IMG/VR virus record: IMGVR_UViG_3300043411_000939
Coordinates: 1-37,440 of that record
DNA: 37,440 bases
Direction: 5' to 3' (one strand)
Source: a virus
The translations under genes were made by a program, and so were the position numbers. The notes below the pieces were generated by a model. That model worked only from the letters and a program-made list of their open reading frames with translations, was not told the origin of the DNA and searched no databases. Every line of letters begins with the position of its first letter. The stretch's first letter is position 1. Shown one piece after another: positions 1 to 8,461 of the stretch.

Positions 1-127
1 ACGCCTGTTTGATGTCTGCAAGCGTCAACGTCGGCACCGACTGGTGATCCGCTTTCTTTTCAGCCTTCAACACTTCTTTGTTTTCTTTTTTGATTTCTTT
101 GGCATTGTGTTTTTCCTCGTGTTTATC
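1..127. repeat. 127-bp exact direct repeat of the window end (1..127 = 37314..37440); circular-assembly overlap or terminal redundancy
   Basis: Base-by-base identity of acgcctgtttgatgtctgcaagcg...cctcgtgtttatc at both window ends. The repeat lies inside a coding region, not in a non-coding end. Confidence 0.95.
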
Positions 128-169
128 CTCGACTTCAACATCTATTTTCTTAGGTCTTCCCATTTTCAT
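1..169 (-). CDS. 5' part of a junction-spanning hypothetical protein (same gene as 37135..37440; about 115 aa in the circular genome)
   Basis: The ATG at 169..167 overlaps the portal TGA stop (168..166) as ATGA. The open frame MKMGRPKKIDVEVEDKHEEKHNAKEIKKENKEV... runs off position 1 and, through the 127-bp identity, is in frame with ORF 37135..37386. Confidence 0.6.
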   Translation of the reverse strand, partial: MKMGRPKKIDVEVEDKHEEKHNAKEIKKENKEVLKAEKKADHQSVPTLTLADIKQA

Positions 170-2199
170 TTCCTTCCGGCTGTGACGGGCATTGCTGCCT
201 GCGCCGCTTGTGCTTTTCTTATCGCGTTTAAAGCTTTGGTTTTCGTGGACTGTGGCAACATGCTCTCTTCAATCAAGAGGTCCGGCGGCAATAGCCCTGG
301 ATATGTGGCGGCAAAGTCTTTCAAGTCTGCGCTGTTGGCCATCTTCATTGTTTCGCTGGATACCGACTCGCCAACCGCCACGTCATAGGTTCCAAGTTCG
401 CCAGATAACACGGCGGCAATGGCCTGATCGGCGGCTTCCAGGTCTAATTCCATAACTGGGTTCCCGTCCGGGCCACGTTCGGGAACGGTGACAGGTTGCC
501 CCGTGGCCGGGTCGAGGGCCTGAGTTAAACGTGGTTGTCCAAAATGTTCCATGAGGAACGATTCCCCGAGAATCTTTTTCGCTGTCTCCGTGTCATAAAT
601 TTTGCCCAATTGGCTGAGCAGCATTTTCCCGGCAATGGTTCGTGTGCGGGAAAGGTTGTCGAATAGCTCTTGGACCATGATAAGGCCTTGGCGTTGACGC
701 AAAGCGATAGCGCGGCCGGATTGAGAGTTCCCTTGATCGACGGCCAAGAGGTCGGCGTTAATACCGAGCTGGGCTTTGATGGCCTCCGCTGATTCGTTGG
801 CAATTTGAGCGTGTGCTTGTGAAAGAGGCTGTGGAAATATGCGGGTTGGGACGGGCTTCCCTTTCTTAAATTCAAGGTTGGCTCCGGGTGTTGCTCCGAA
901 ATCTCTAACTTTGTTCGCATCAACCCACGTATCCTCCTCGGTCAACCATCCCGAATTCGTGGACGTGTTTAAGTGGAGCAGTTCAAGCGTCTTTGACTTG
1001 TTATGGATTTCCTGGGCGTTCTTAACGGTGCAAACAACGCCCTGAACCAATAGATGCGCGTCGTCGCCTGTGATTGGCGCGGTCGAGAAACGCGCATAAA
1101 ACGGGACAAACGGATATTTTTTCCAAAGCGGGTAGAACCACGCCACCTCGTCAACGAGCGGCTTATCGATGCCGGGGACGTGGGCATAAAGCCAAATCTC
1201 TGGCACGTACCGGGTGTAATGAACAAACCGTTCCGGGTCATGCTGGGGCGGCTGGATGGGCTCAATCGGGATCGGGATAAGCGGATCAATCTGCGCCATT
1301 TGCATTTGTTGCTTAAAGGCTTCAACGTCGCCTTGGTAGGCTTGAGCGTTGGCCATTATTTCGTCTTGATAGCCTTGAATGAAGGCGTTGGCCTTCTCTT
1401 CATTTTCAGATTCAACGATGGTTCCGTTGGCGCGGTCGGCAATATAGTGTTTTGAAACAAATTTCTTATAGAAGCGTTCGAGGAGGTCGCAACAGCCCTC
1501 GCCGTTATTCCCGCCGTCTTCACCACTTCCACCACCCCGGATGGAATAGTCTTTCTTTTGGAGGTGAACGCCGCTGGCATCGGTTCCGTAGTTAAGCTTT
1601 CCGGGGTTGCCGTTTTCAATCAAACTCTTCTTATCGGGGAATAGGCTGATCAGGTCATCGATGCTTAAATCTTTGGTAACTTTGTAAACGTAGCGAGCAT
1701 CCGAGTAATCATATTCCCGAAATCCCGGCTCCGGGAAAATACAGTCGCCGTCGGCTTTGCGCCATACGGGTTTGCCGTTGATCAGGTCATAAGTATTATC
1801 AAGATAGAGTTCGAGGTGTGACTCTCCGCAGGTGGTCCCGTCTTTAAATTGTTCCGATGTCTTATAGAGAAATTCGGATGTCTTGATGGCGTTTTTAAAG
1901 AGATAGGACGCGATTTCGGCTTTAAGGGAATCTTCCTGGCCCTCGGGGTACGCCTTAAACTCGGAGCGGTTCTGTCTCTCAAGGCCCGTCAAAAGGAATA
2001 TGTTTGGCTGAATACGGTTGTCCGTGACGGGTTTAATCTTCCGTTGCTCATAGTTGGCGATATCGTCATCGCTCCATTGTTTGCCCAAAGCAAATAGGAA
2101 ATCGTCTTTCTCGCGTTCGATCAGCTTACGTTTGGCGTTATAGGCCTTTTTAAAGTCTGATTCCGACGATTGGATGGTGAGATCTTTTTTCTTATACAA
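166..2199 (-). CDS. Portal protein (P22-like portal family)
   Basis: 677 aa, downstream of the terS/terL block. The N-terminus KDDFLFALGKQWSDDD...KPVTDNRIQPNIFLLTGLERQN resembles P22 gp1 (KNDLFFSRVSQWDD...VVRPVVRKLVSEMRQN). The ORF track start is a TTG, so the exact start is uncertain. Confidence 0.85.
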   Translation of the reverse strand: MYKKKDLTIQSSESDFKKAYNAKRKLIEREKDDFLFALGKQWSDDDIANYEQRKIKPVTDNRIQPNIFLLTGLERQNRSEFKAYPEGQEDSLKAEIASYLFKNAIKTSEFLYKTSEQFKDGTTCGESHLELYLDNTYDLINGKPVWRKADGDCIFPEPGFREYDYSDARYVYKVTKDLSIDDLISLFPDKKSLIENGNPGKLNYGTDASGVHLQKKDYSIRGGGSGEDGGNNGEGCCDLLERFYKKFVSKHYIADRANGTIVESENEEKANAFIQGYQDEIMANAQAYQGDVEAFKQQMQMAQIDPLIPIPIEPIQPPQHDPERFVHYTRYVPEIWLYAHVPGIDKPLVDEVAWFYPLWKKYPFVPFYARFSTAPITGDDAHLLVQGVVCTVKNAQEIHNKSKTLELLHLNTSTNSGWLTEEDTWVDANKVRDFGATPGANLEFKKGKPVPTRIFPQPLSQAHAQIANESAEAIKAQLGINADLLAVDQGNSQSGRAIALRQRQGLIMVQELFDNLSRTRTIAGKMLLSQLGKIYDTETAKKILGESFLMEHFGQPRLTQALDPATGQPVTVPERGPDGNPVMELDLEAADQAIAAVLSGELGTYDVAVGESVSSETMKMANSADLKDFAATYPGLLPPDLLIEESMLPQSTKTKALNAIRKAQAAQAAMPVTAGRK

Positions 2200-2494
2200 G
2201 TGCGGCCCCGTTTGGCTTGATTAAGGTTAAATGTGGTTTCTTTCGTTCTTCTTTGACTTCTTCAACAACCCGACGCATATCCTCGTCATGTTGTTTCATC
2301 AATTCAAGCTGGATGTTATCGACACGCTTCAACACGTTCTGGGGCGTAAACATGCCCTTCACTCCAAAGAACGGCTCTTTCATCACCCGTTCAAAGGCCT
2401 GGAGGCGGGTATCAATAAACACCATTTGTTTGTAGATAGCGGTCACTCGTTTGTTGGTGTGGGCCATCATTCCGTAGATGTCGCCGTCTTTCAT
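2192..2494 (-). CDS. Hypothetical protein (100 aa)
   Basis: ORF tightly packed between 2491..2763 and the portal, with overlapping stop/start. No motif recognised. Confidence 0.6.
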   Translation of the reverse strand: MKDGDIYGMMAHTNKRVTAIYKQMVFIDTRLQAFERVMKEPFFGVKGMFTPQNVLKRVDNIQLELMKQHDEDMRRVVEEVKEERKKPHLTLIKPNGAALV

Positions 2495-2763
2495 CCGCGT
2501 ACCGCTCCGATGATGACCGGCTTGGAAGACCTGTTTTGTCGAATAGGCTGGGCTTTTGATTTTGCGCTTTCGCTCATCTCTTGAAGGATCCCGCCGTTAT
2601 GGATTGGCTCTACAATAGGGGCGGAAATGATCTTTGCTTGAGGGATACTCGGTTGGATATTGAGCCCTGATTGCTGTCTGGTATCGGTATTAATTAAGCT
2701 TCCACCTTCACCTGGCGTAAACGTGTAGTTTTTACCATCGCTTTTTATGTTCTGTGGCCTCAT
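2491..2763 (-). CDS. Hypothetical protein (90 aa)
   Basis: The ATG at 2763 overlaps the stop of the upstream mini-ORF (ATGA). Same strand and operon as the terminase and portal. Confidence 0.55.
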   Translation of the reverse strand: MRPQNIKSDGKNYTFTPGEGGSLINTDTRQQSGLNIQPSIPQAKIISAPIVEPIHNGGILQEMSESAKSKAQPIRQNRSSKPVIIGAVRG

Positions 2764-2867
2764 ATGTCCCCCCTGTCTTTACAATCGCCGCAAACAATGT
2801 CATCACCCAAAACGCCCATGAAGTGAGTTCCACAACCGGCGCATTCAATCTCTTGAAATTCAGGCAT
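2760..2867 (-). CDS. 35-aa zinc-ribbon miniprotein (below the ORF-track length cutoff)
   Basis: Hand translation gives MPEFQEIECAGCGTHFMGVLGDDIVCGDCKDRGDI (CxxC...CxxC). The ATG overlaps the terL TAA (TAATG) and the stop overlaps the next ATG (ATGA). Confidence 0.5.
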   Translation of the reverse strand: MPEFQEIECAGCGTHFMGVLGDDIVCGDCKDRGDI

Positions 2868-4276
2868 TAGATCGTCATCCCTGATCCCGCCGTTTCAAAT
2901 CGGCGGTTAAATCTCTTTTCATATTTGTCTTCTCGTTTGACGGGCTTCACTTGAGGCAAGGCCCAAAGCCCGTTAAGGAAAGCGTCGGCATCGTCCGGGG
3001 AACGGCCAAACCGGGATTTGATGTCGTCTTTTGGTTCAACTTGGAGGATCCCGTTTGATTTGATGGTTTTGTATTTGGCCCAGGAAAGCTGCTCGATGAG
3101 TTCTTTGTCGGTTTTTAGGATGCTGACCCGTCCGGCTTCAAAGAGTTCGGCGCCGTTAAGGTAGATTTCTGATCGTCGGTTGTAACAGTCTTGGCGGACG
3201 CCTTGACGCTCGGCGGCATTTACAAAGATCACGTCTTTGTCGAGTTCGGCCAATCGGTCGGCGACGCCACCACCAACCCCGATTTCATCGATAGCGAATG
3301 ATTCGATGCCGTGTTTCTTGGCAAAGGCCAAAGCCAACCCCACGGTTTCCATTGTTGACCTTTTTTCATGGGTTTCCTTGGCAATCTCAGCGTTGTTTTC
3401 AATAGCGATAAAGACGGTTTTGTCGTCGCCGTACCTGGAGACGTCAATCGATACAACCTTACGGATGGGCGGGATTGTGCTTAGTTCACGGCCAATGGCT
3501 TTCTCGATATGCTCCGGCTTGATAATGGTGTTGACGGAATCGGCCTCTTCCCATGAGTTCAAAACAAAGCGGCGGTAAAGGTGTGGTTTCTGTAAACGGA
3601 TAATCTCAAGGCTGGCCATGAATTCTGGGCTTAAGTTGTGTTTGTTGTCAGCCGTGGTGGCCTCAAATAATGCAACCAATTCTTTGGCATCGGTAAGCCC
3701 TGGGAATAGGTCCGGCTGAGTTCGCATCAACTCTGCGACGGTTTGAACCAGGTCGCCACGTTTCCAAAGGTTGTATATCCAGTTGTGGCCGTTCGTGTTC
3801 GCGATAATGAAACCGCTGTTGGGCGATCCTTTGCGGCGTAACCGACCAAATAACTTGATAAATTGGTCGTCGGAATCAAGTTCCTCCGCTTGCTCAATCA
3901 TGAACCAACCCAGGTTCATATTCTGGATGTTGTTCATTTCTTCCAAGTGGCGAAACATGATGATGGATCCGTTGGGAAGCTTCACGTTGCGGCCGGAGTC
4001 AACTTTCAGGGCGGTATAGAGTTCGAAATCTCGGATGGTCGAGTCTTTAAGGTCGGTAAATTCTTTACGGAAGATGACGCCAAGGTTGTCTTTGTAGCTC
4101 TCTGACAGGCGCATGGCCCTTGCAATGCCACACATGGTTTTGCCCGTCCCCCAACCGGCGACAAAGGCGGGATACCTGGCATCGGTGAAAATAAAATCGT
4201 CTTGTTGCGGGTAGAGGTTAATAACCCGGTCCTTTTCTTGTTGCACTTCGCCAAGTGCCGGGAGGGCGTTAATCAC
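2867..4276 (-). CDS. terL: Terminase large subunit
   Basis: 469 aa with Walker A AGWGTGKT and a C-terminal RNase H-like nuclease motif VSIDVSRYGDDKTVF. It overlaps the terS stop. Confidence 0.92.
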   Translation of the reverse strand: MINALPALGEVQQEKDRVINLYPQQDDFIFTDARYPAFVAGWGTGKTMCGIARAMRLSESYKDNLGVIFRKEFTDLKDSTIRDFELYTALKVDSGRNVKLPNGSIIMFRHLEEMNNIQNMNLGWFMIEQAEELDSDDQFIKLFGRLRRKGSPNSGFIIANTNGHNWIYNLWKRGDLVQTVAELMRTQPDLFPGLTDAKELVALFEATTADNKHNLSPEFMASLEIIRLQKPHLYRRFVLNSWEEADSVNTIIKPEHIEKAIGRELSTIPPIRKVVSIDVSRYGDDKTVFIAIENNAEIAKETHEKRSTMETVGLALAFAKKHGIESFAIDEIGVGGGVADRLAELDKDVIFVNAAERQGVRQDCYNRRSEIYLNGAELFEAGRVSILKTDKELIEQLSWAKYKTIKSNGILQVEPKDDIKSRFGRSPDDADAFLNGLWALPQVKPVKREDKYEKRFNRRFETAGSGMTI

Positions 4277-4659
4277 TTCTTCTCCGCCCTGACAAAGATC
4301 ATTCGGCCACTGACGGCCACCTCATGTTTATCAACAAACATCCCGAGCGTTTTCCCGATACATTCCAAAGCTTTGTTGGCCCCGGCGGCGTCAAAATCGT
4401 CTTCCGTCATCCCTTTTTGCATACAGCGCTCGGCAATCTCTTTAAAGTTGTTGATCACCCAAGTAGCTGATATCTCGCTCTTTTCCTGCAAAACTTTCTG
4501 ATTTCTCTCTATTTGTTCTCTCACCTTAAGATCTCTTAAGAGCTGGGAAGCTTGCACCTCGGCGGTCTTCTTTGAATACCCAGCACGAATAGCAGCCTGT
4601 TTCCCGTTATTGTCCTTGAGATATTCCCGAACGAATGCTTTGCGTCTGTTCAGGTTCAT
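4273..4659 (-). CDS. terS: Terminase small subunit (Terminase_2-type)
   Basis: 128 aa. RKAFVREYLKDNNGKQAAIRAGYSKKTAEVQASQLL matches the conserved N-terminal HTH of Terminase_2 small subunits. Lies immediately upstream of terL. Confidence 0.85.
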   Translation of the reverse strand: MNLNRRKAFVREYLKDNNGKQAAIRAGYSKKTAEVQASQLLRDLKVREQIERNQKVLQEKSEISATWVINNFKEIAERCMQKGMTEDDFDAAGANKALECIGKTLGMFVDKHEVAVSGRMIFVRAEKK

Positions 4660-4666
4660 CAGGGCA

Positions 4667-4703
4667 ATAAAAAACCCGAAAAGCCTTTTTGGCTGTCCGG
4701 GTT
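4667..4703 (-). terminator. Rho-independent terminator on the minus strand, 10 nt upstream of the terS start codon
   Basis: The minus strand reads AACCCG-GAC-AGCC-AAAAA-GGCT-TTT-CGGGTT followed by TTTTATT. This is a two-tier hairpin (4673-4678/4698-4703 and 4683-4685/4691-4693) plus a U-run. Confidence 0.7.
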
Positions 4704-5216
4704 ACATGAGAGATTTTTAAAACAAAGCTGGCGCAAATTGACTCCATTCAAATCAAGAATGCTCTGCGCCTACAGAGTTTTAGTGCAATGAATGGTTCTT
4801 AAAGCTATTTTCCTTTTTGGTCAAGAGATATTTTATCGCATGATGCAAAGGCGACAGGGGCAAGGGTTTTTCTTTGGCGGGGGATCTTTAAAGAGGGATG
4901 AGAACCAGAGGCGGAAGCGAAAGATCATTACAAAGGGAATCCGTTAAAAGCGAAAGAATCAGTGGGTATAGATTGGGTAGTTAAAAACATAAATTTTAAT
5001 AAGCAATCCTTAGACTTTGATTCCCGTCGAAACGTGAAATAATAAACCCCGTTATTTCGAGCTATTGGCCATGAATTGATTGTTTTGGGTTATTGTCCTA
5101 CCACATAACGACCCAAGGCATAATTTCATTAACTTTCGCCCATCTCCCCGGGTCCAACGGTCATAGAAAACATTTGGCGCAAATAAAGGCAGATTTGGGC
5201 ATTGATTCGTCTCCTT
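4704..5216 (-). other. About 510-bp untranslated region between an early gene and terS (late-operon leader, pac/cos region, or ncRNA)
   Basis: No credible ORF on either strand. Purine-rich on the plus strand at 4850-4980, with AGCGAAAGA at 4916 and 4949. Ends in the terminator above. Confidence 0.4.
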
Positions 5217-5561
5217 CTACCCTGCTTTTGTGGGATTCGGGGCCGTTCCCCCACAATCACAACGAGGATGATGGAAAGTAAGCGTATGAACGCTTGCCAC
5301 TTCATCCCTGGCCTGGTCTATAGACAATTCTTCTTTGCCCTTAGCTTTGCGAATCGCGTTCTTCAGGTCGAATAGAGTTTCAGATATATTCGCCAAATCA
5401 GCCACGGCATTGAAAACCGTCGTTTCGTCCATCCCGTCCAGCGATTCGTTCCTCACGTTTTCCAAGGCCAAGTGTATGGCCCAGAAAATTTCATCACCGT
5501 TAAAATCGGGCAAGTCTCCACCAACATTTTTGACCATGATCGTTTCAAACCCTGTTTTCAT
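5217..5561 (-). CDS. Hypothetical protein (114 aa)
   Basis: The ORF overlaps the methyltransferase stop and is acidic. No motif recognised. Confidence 0.6.
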   Translation of the reverse strand: MKTGFETIMVKNVGGDLPDFNGDEIFWAIHLALENVRNESLDGMDETTVFNAVADLANISETLFDLKNAIRKAKGKEELSIDQARDEVASVHTLTFHHPRCDCGGTAPNPTKAG

Positions 5562-6402
5562 TAAATACCCCCATTAATCTTTTGAACGCTTCTTTCGCTT
5601 GTTCTGGAACCACTGCATTGCCAAGACATTTAAGTTTGTCCACCCGGTTTGGTACCCCATGAGCCACTCGACCCATGTCGGGTTCAACTGACCACCAACC
5701 GACGTCGGCAGATCGCTCTGCCGACCGCCCCTGGCTATCGTTCCCTTCCCTGGCTTCGTGTAGTTGTGGTTTTGTGGCGTTGGCCATACCTTCACTTGGT
5801 GAGGAAGATTCCCGTGTCCCGACTTCTCCCCGTCCGTCCCCAAGTGAGTTCGCCACAGCATACGCTTTAACTTTGCTTTCCCATTCTTCCCGCCATTGTT
5901 GGCCCCGCATGGTGTAGGCCAGAAGCCACCATCTTTCCCGCTTGTGGTTGGCCCCGACTTCGGAAGCCGATAAAGTGATCCACCGAGCGTCATACCGCAA
6001 GCGGGCCAATTCTCCGATAACTTTGTCGGCGCCTCTTGTCCGAATAGCAGGGACGTTTTCCAGGAAGATGAACTTCGGTCGTATTTCATCAACGAGTCTG
6101 ACGATCTCATAAAATAGGCCGCTCCGCTCTCCGCCCAAGCCTTTTCCAGTTCCCGCAACACTAATATCCTGACATGGGAATCCTCCATATACGATGTCCA
6201 CAAGTCCATTGAATCTTGCACCTTTGAGTGTTCGCACATCATCCCAGATGGGAGCAACAGGCAATTTACCTTCTTGCATACGTGACAGTAATACACCAAT
6301 CGCGTATTCTTCACTCTCACAATAGGCGACGGGGATGACCCACTCTTTGAGGGCGATTGTGATTCCACCGATACCTGTAAAAAGATCCAAGCCATTCAGC
6401 AT
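5545..6402 (-). CDS. DNA (cytosine-5)-methyltransferase, orphan
   Basis: Motif I LDLFTGIGG, motif IV GGFPCQDIS, motif VI FLENV, motif VIII-like HKRERWW and motif X LGNAVVPE. No restriction endonuclease gene is adjacent. Confidence 0.9.
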   Translation of the reverse strand: MLNGLDLFTGIGGITIALKEWVIPVAYCESEEYAIGVLLSRMQEGKLPVAPIWDDVRTLKGARFNGLVDIVYGGFPCQDISVAGTGKGLGGERSGLFYEIVRLVDEIRPKFIFLENVPAIRTRGADKVIGELARLRYDARWITLSASEVGANHKRERWWLLAYTMRGQQWREEWESKVKAYAVANSLGDGRGEVGTRESSSPSEGMANATKPQLHEAREGNDSQGRSAERSADVGWWSVEPDMGRVAHGVPNRVDKLKCLGNAVVPEQAKEAFKRLMGVFNENRV

Positions 6403-6674
6403 TTCCCTTTATTCCTGTTTTCTACGACCGTCAAACATCCCTCCCGCTCTCTTCTTTTTCTTCTATGGTCAAGGAAAAACACAAACTGTAGGCGCTCATT
6501 GTCTTTTTCATCCTCGCAACGCATCCTCGACTCTTTTTTACAACGAGCGCATTTCGCCAATAAGAAGTTGTATCTGTGGGCTGTCATGGCTTGATTTATT
6601 TCCTCTTGAAGATCGGTATCTTTTAGCGGTTCCCATATATGACCTTTTAAATAACAAAAGAATTTTTTAAGCAA
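6396..6674 (-). CDS. Hypothetical Cys/His protein (92 aa)
   Basis: The N-terminus FCYLKGHIWEP...CARCKK is zinc-ribbon-like and the C-terminal half is low complexity. Overlaps both neighbouring genes. Confidence 0.5.
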   Translation of the reverse strand: MLKKFFCYLKGHIWEPLKDTDLQEEINQAMTAHRYNFLLAKCARCKKESRMRCEDEKDNERLQFVFFLDHRRKRREREGCLTVVENRNKGKC

Positions 6675-7311
6675 ATTGAAATTCCAGTGCAGCTTCTTCC
6701 AGTTCCTTTTCTGTTTCTCTCACATACGGCATCACAGAGTTAAGGCTCGCCCACCCGCCAAGCTTTTGAAGTGTCCACGGATCATGATTATGTTTCCTTA
6801 ACGTCGGGAAGCTCGCTCGAAAACTATGTGGCGTGATTCTCTTTTGAATTCCCGCTTGGTTAACATACTTTTGAATAAGAATATCAACCGCTTTCGGAGT
6901 GATCCTTCCGGCTTCATAAGGCCCATGTTTACCAAGCGTTCTAAACAGCGGAGAACTTGGTGTTCGTTGATGATCAAGATCGCAGTACCTTTTAATTCCT
7001 TCGTACACCTTATCTGAAATAGGCACTCGGACCCAGAAAGTCCTTTCTGTTTTTTTCTTGAGAGCTTTGTAAATGATGAATTTCTTTTCGCCTTCACTGA
7101 TTAAATTCTCCGTGTCCAAACTGCAAATCTCGCCTTTACGCATAGCGGTATTTCCAAATGCCAATAAAACGGCATAATCTCTTGATCCGTGTTTACTTCT
7201 CCGGTCCGGCAACGTCATAATCATTTGTAATTCCTGTTCTGTTAAAACGTCCGACTGTCCGACCGGCCTTCCTCTCTTCCCCTGTGCGCCTATCACCTGG
7301 GCTTGCTCCAT
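6667..7311 (-). CDS. Tyrosine recombinase, short (214 aa, catalytic domain only), Cre-like active site
   Basis: Box I NTAMRKGEICSL (Arg). Box II TPHSFRASF (His-x-x-Arg). LGGWASLNSVMPYV has Trp in place of the second His, as at Cre W315, plus the nucleophile Tyr. Confidence 0.8.
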   Translation of the reverse strand: MEQAQVIGAQGKRGRPVGQSDVLTEQELQMIMTLPDRRSKHGSRDYAVLLAFGNTAMRKGEICSLDTENLISEGEKKFIIYKALKKKTERTFWVRVPISDKVYEGIKRYCDLDHQRTPSSPLFRTLGKHGPYEAGRITPKAVDILIQKYVNQAGIQKRITPHSFRASFPTLRKHNHDPWTLQKLGGWASLNSVMPYVRETEKELEEAALEFQFA

Positions 7312-7323
7312 GTTGTTAACTCC

Positions 7324-7569
7324 TTACTGATATTTTCTTTTCAACGAAAATCTGCAATCCTTCCGCCATCCGCTATCTCGAAACTGAAAAGCGATCTTGA
7401 GCGGGAGAGCGTCTTTAACTTTTGGTAAATCGCTGAATCGCCTACCCGGCGCGCCTGTCCTAAACAGCCGGACATGAAAATCTCTTTTACAATTCCGGCA
7501 AACCCCATCCTTTATTGACATGGTTGAACACGTTGGACAATAATCCGCTTTGTGATCCATTTTGACCAA
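7324..7569 (-). CDS. Hypothetical zinc-ribbon protein (81 aa; TTG start in the ORF track, start uncertain)
   Basis: CPTC...CRNC motif. Overlaps the 3' end of 7487..7822 by 83 nt in the +1 frame. Confidence 0.45.
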   Translation of the reverse strand: MVKMDHKADYCPTCSTMSIKDGVCRNCKRDFHVRLFRTGAPGRRFSDLPKVKDALPLKIAFQFRDSGWRKDCRFSLKRKYQ

Positions 7570-7822
7570 CCCCCTTTTTTCTGCTCGACTTCAAAACGGT
7601 TAGGTTTTTCTTTTTAAGGATATTATCGGGGTCGGTCTTTTTAATGATGCGAACGATAAGAGAGTCCATAACGGCATCTTTATCTGTTTTAAATAAACTA
7701 TAAATGGCGGGAGAAACATAAACGACTTCATCGTTATCGTTAAACTGGATTCCGTAATTCATTCCGACCATTTCAATTCTTGGTAGGACGTTAAACTTTG
7801 GTTTAGACGACAACATTGTCAC
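7487..7822 (-). CDS. Hypothetical protein (111 aa)
   Basis: ATG preceded by GGAGGGGTGACA. The 3' end overlaps the next ORF. Confidence 0.6.
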   Translation of the reverse strand: MTMLSSKPKFNVLPRIEMVGMNYGIQFNDNDEVVYVSPAIYSLFKTDKDAVMDSLIVRIIKKTDPDNILKKKNLTVLKSSRKKGVGQNGSQSGLLSNVFNHVNKGWGLPEL

Positions 7823-7850
7823 CCCTCCGACTCGCTTGCATGGTTAAGTT

Positions 7851-7900
7851 AAAATAAATAAGGCGGAGCATCAGGCCCTCTCCTCCGTCAACCCCGCCTA
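7851..7900 (-). terminator. Rho-independent terminator (minus strand) after gene 7912..8226
   Basis: On the minus strand AGGCGGGGU...GCUCCGCCU forms a 9-bp stem including G.U pairs (7861..7900), followed by TATTTATTTT (7851..7860). Confidence 0.6.
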
Positions 7901-7911
7901 AAGGGTTTTCC

Positions 7912-8226
7912 TTACTTCTTTGTTTCGCTGTTCAACAACTCCAACTGCTTGGAAAATTCACGCGGCAAGGGAAAGTTCATCACCTGCGATATTGTGGCCG
8001 CAGCATCAAGGATCCGATACATATCAGCGGCGTTTAATCCTTTAATCTTTCCCCAAAGGATCTTACCGCTTACCGTTTCTTTGAATTCTTGTTTCGCTAA
8101 AATTATTTCTCTTTCGTAGCCGTCAATAACCCAGCGGCCAATTCTCAATTCATAGCCTTCATCTGTTTTCCCTTTGTAGGAGTAGAGAGTTTTTAGGTTC
8201 TTCCAAAATATTTCTTTATCGGCCAT
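7912..8226 (-). CDS. Hypothetical protein (104 aa)
   Basis: ORF in the early operon. Its start overlaps the upstream stop. Confidence 0.6.
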   Translation of the reverse strand: MADKEIFWKNLKTLYSYKGKTDEGYELRIGRWVIDGYEREIILAKQEFKETVSGKILWGKIKGLNAADMYRILDAAATISQVMNFPLPREFSKQLELLNSETKK

Positions 8227-8461
8227 TGGGATTAGCCTTGGTTGGTTTGACTGAGAAATCGTTGGTCCATGTTTTAACCGCCTCTGTTAATTCCATGATG
8301 GGTGTCCCACTTTGACAAGAGCTACATTGAATGATGTAGCCCTTCTCTTTTACTGAGTCATTAATGCAATGTGTTACGATGTTTTTTCGGTCGCATCCGT
8401 TCCTGCAATCCTGGAGCGTTATGATAATTACTCCGTCTTTAGAATCTGGATCAACAATCAC
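8216..8461 (-). CDS. Hypothetical Cys-rich protein, possibly Lar-like (restriction alleviation)
   Basis: IIQCSSCQSGTPIMELTEAVKTWTND resembles the C..C.a.gp...eAi..WN signature of Lar-family zinc ribbons. This is a weak match judged by eye. Confidence 0.5.
   Translation of the reverse strand: MIVDPDSKDGVIIITLQDCRNGCDRKNIVTHCINDSVKEKGYIIQCSSCQSGTPIMELTEAVKTWTNDFSVKPTKANPNGR

Noticed and set aside
1-127. Terminal repeat as an IS/transposon end or LTR
   Set aside because: The repeat is direct, not inverted. It lies within an ORF, and no transposase is present. Its length and exactness fit an assembler circularisation overlap.
5574-6395. 273-aa ORF on the minus strand overlapping almost the entire methyltransferase gene in another frame
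   Set aside because: The 5545..6402 frame carries every canonical C5-MTase motif (FxGxG, PCQ, ENV, GNAV). The alternative frame is Ser/Trp/Gly-rich with no motif, so it is a shadow ORF.
7574-7580. Canonical -1 slippery heptamer A_AAA_AAG (minus strand), in the correct phase in ORF 7487..7822 and just upstream of the overlapping zinc-ribbon ORF 7324..7569
   Set aside because: The downstream ORF is in the +1 frame, not the -1 frame, relative to the upstream gene. The -1 frame hits a stop after about 20 codons, so a dnaX-type -1 fusion is not supported. The overlap is more likely just an overlapping start.
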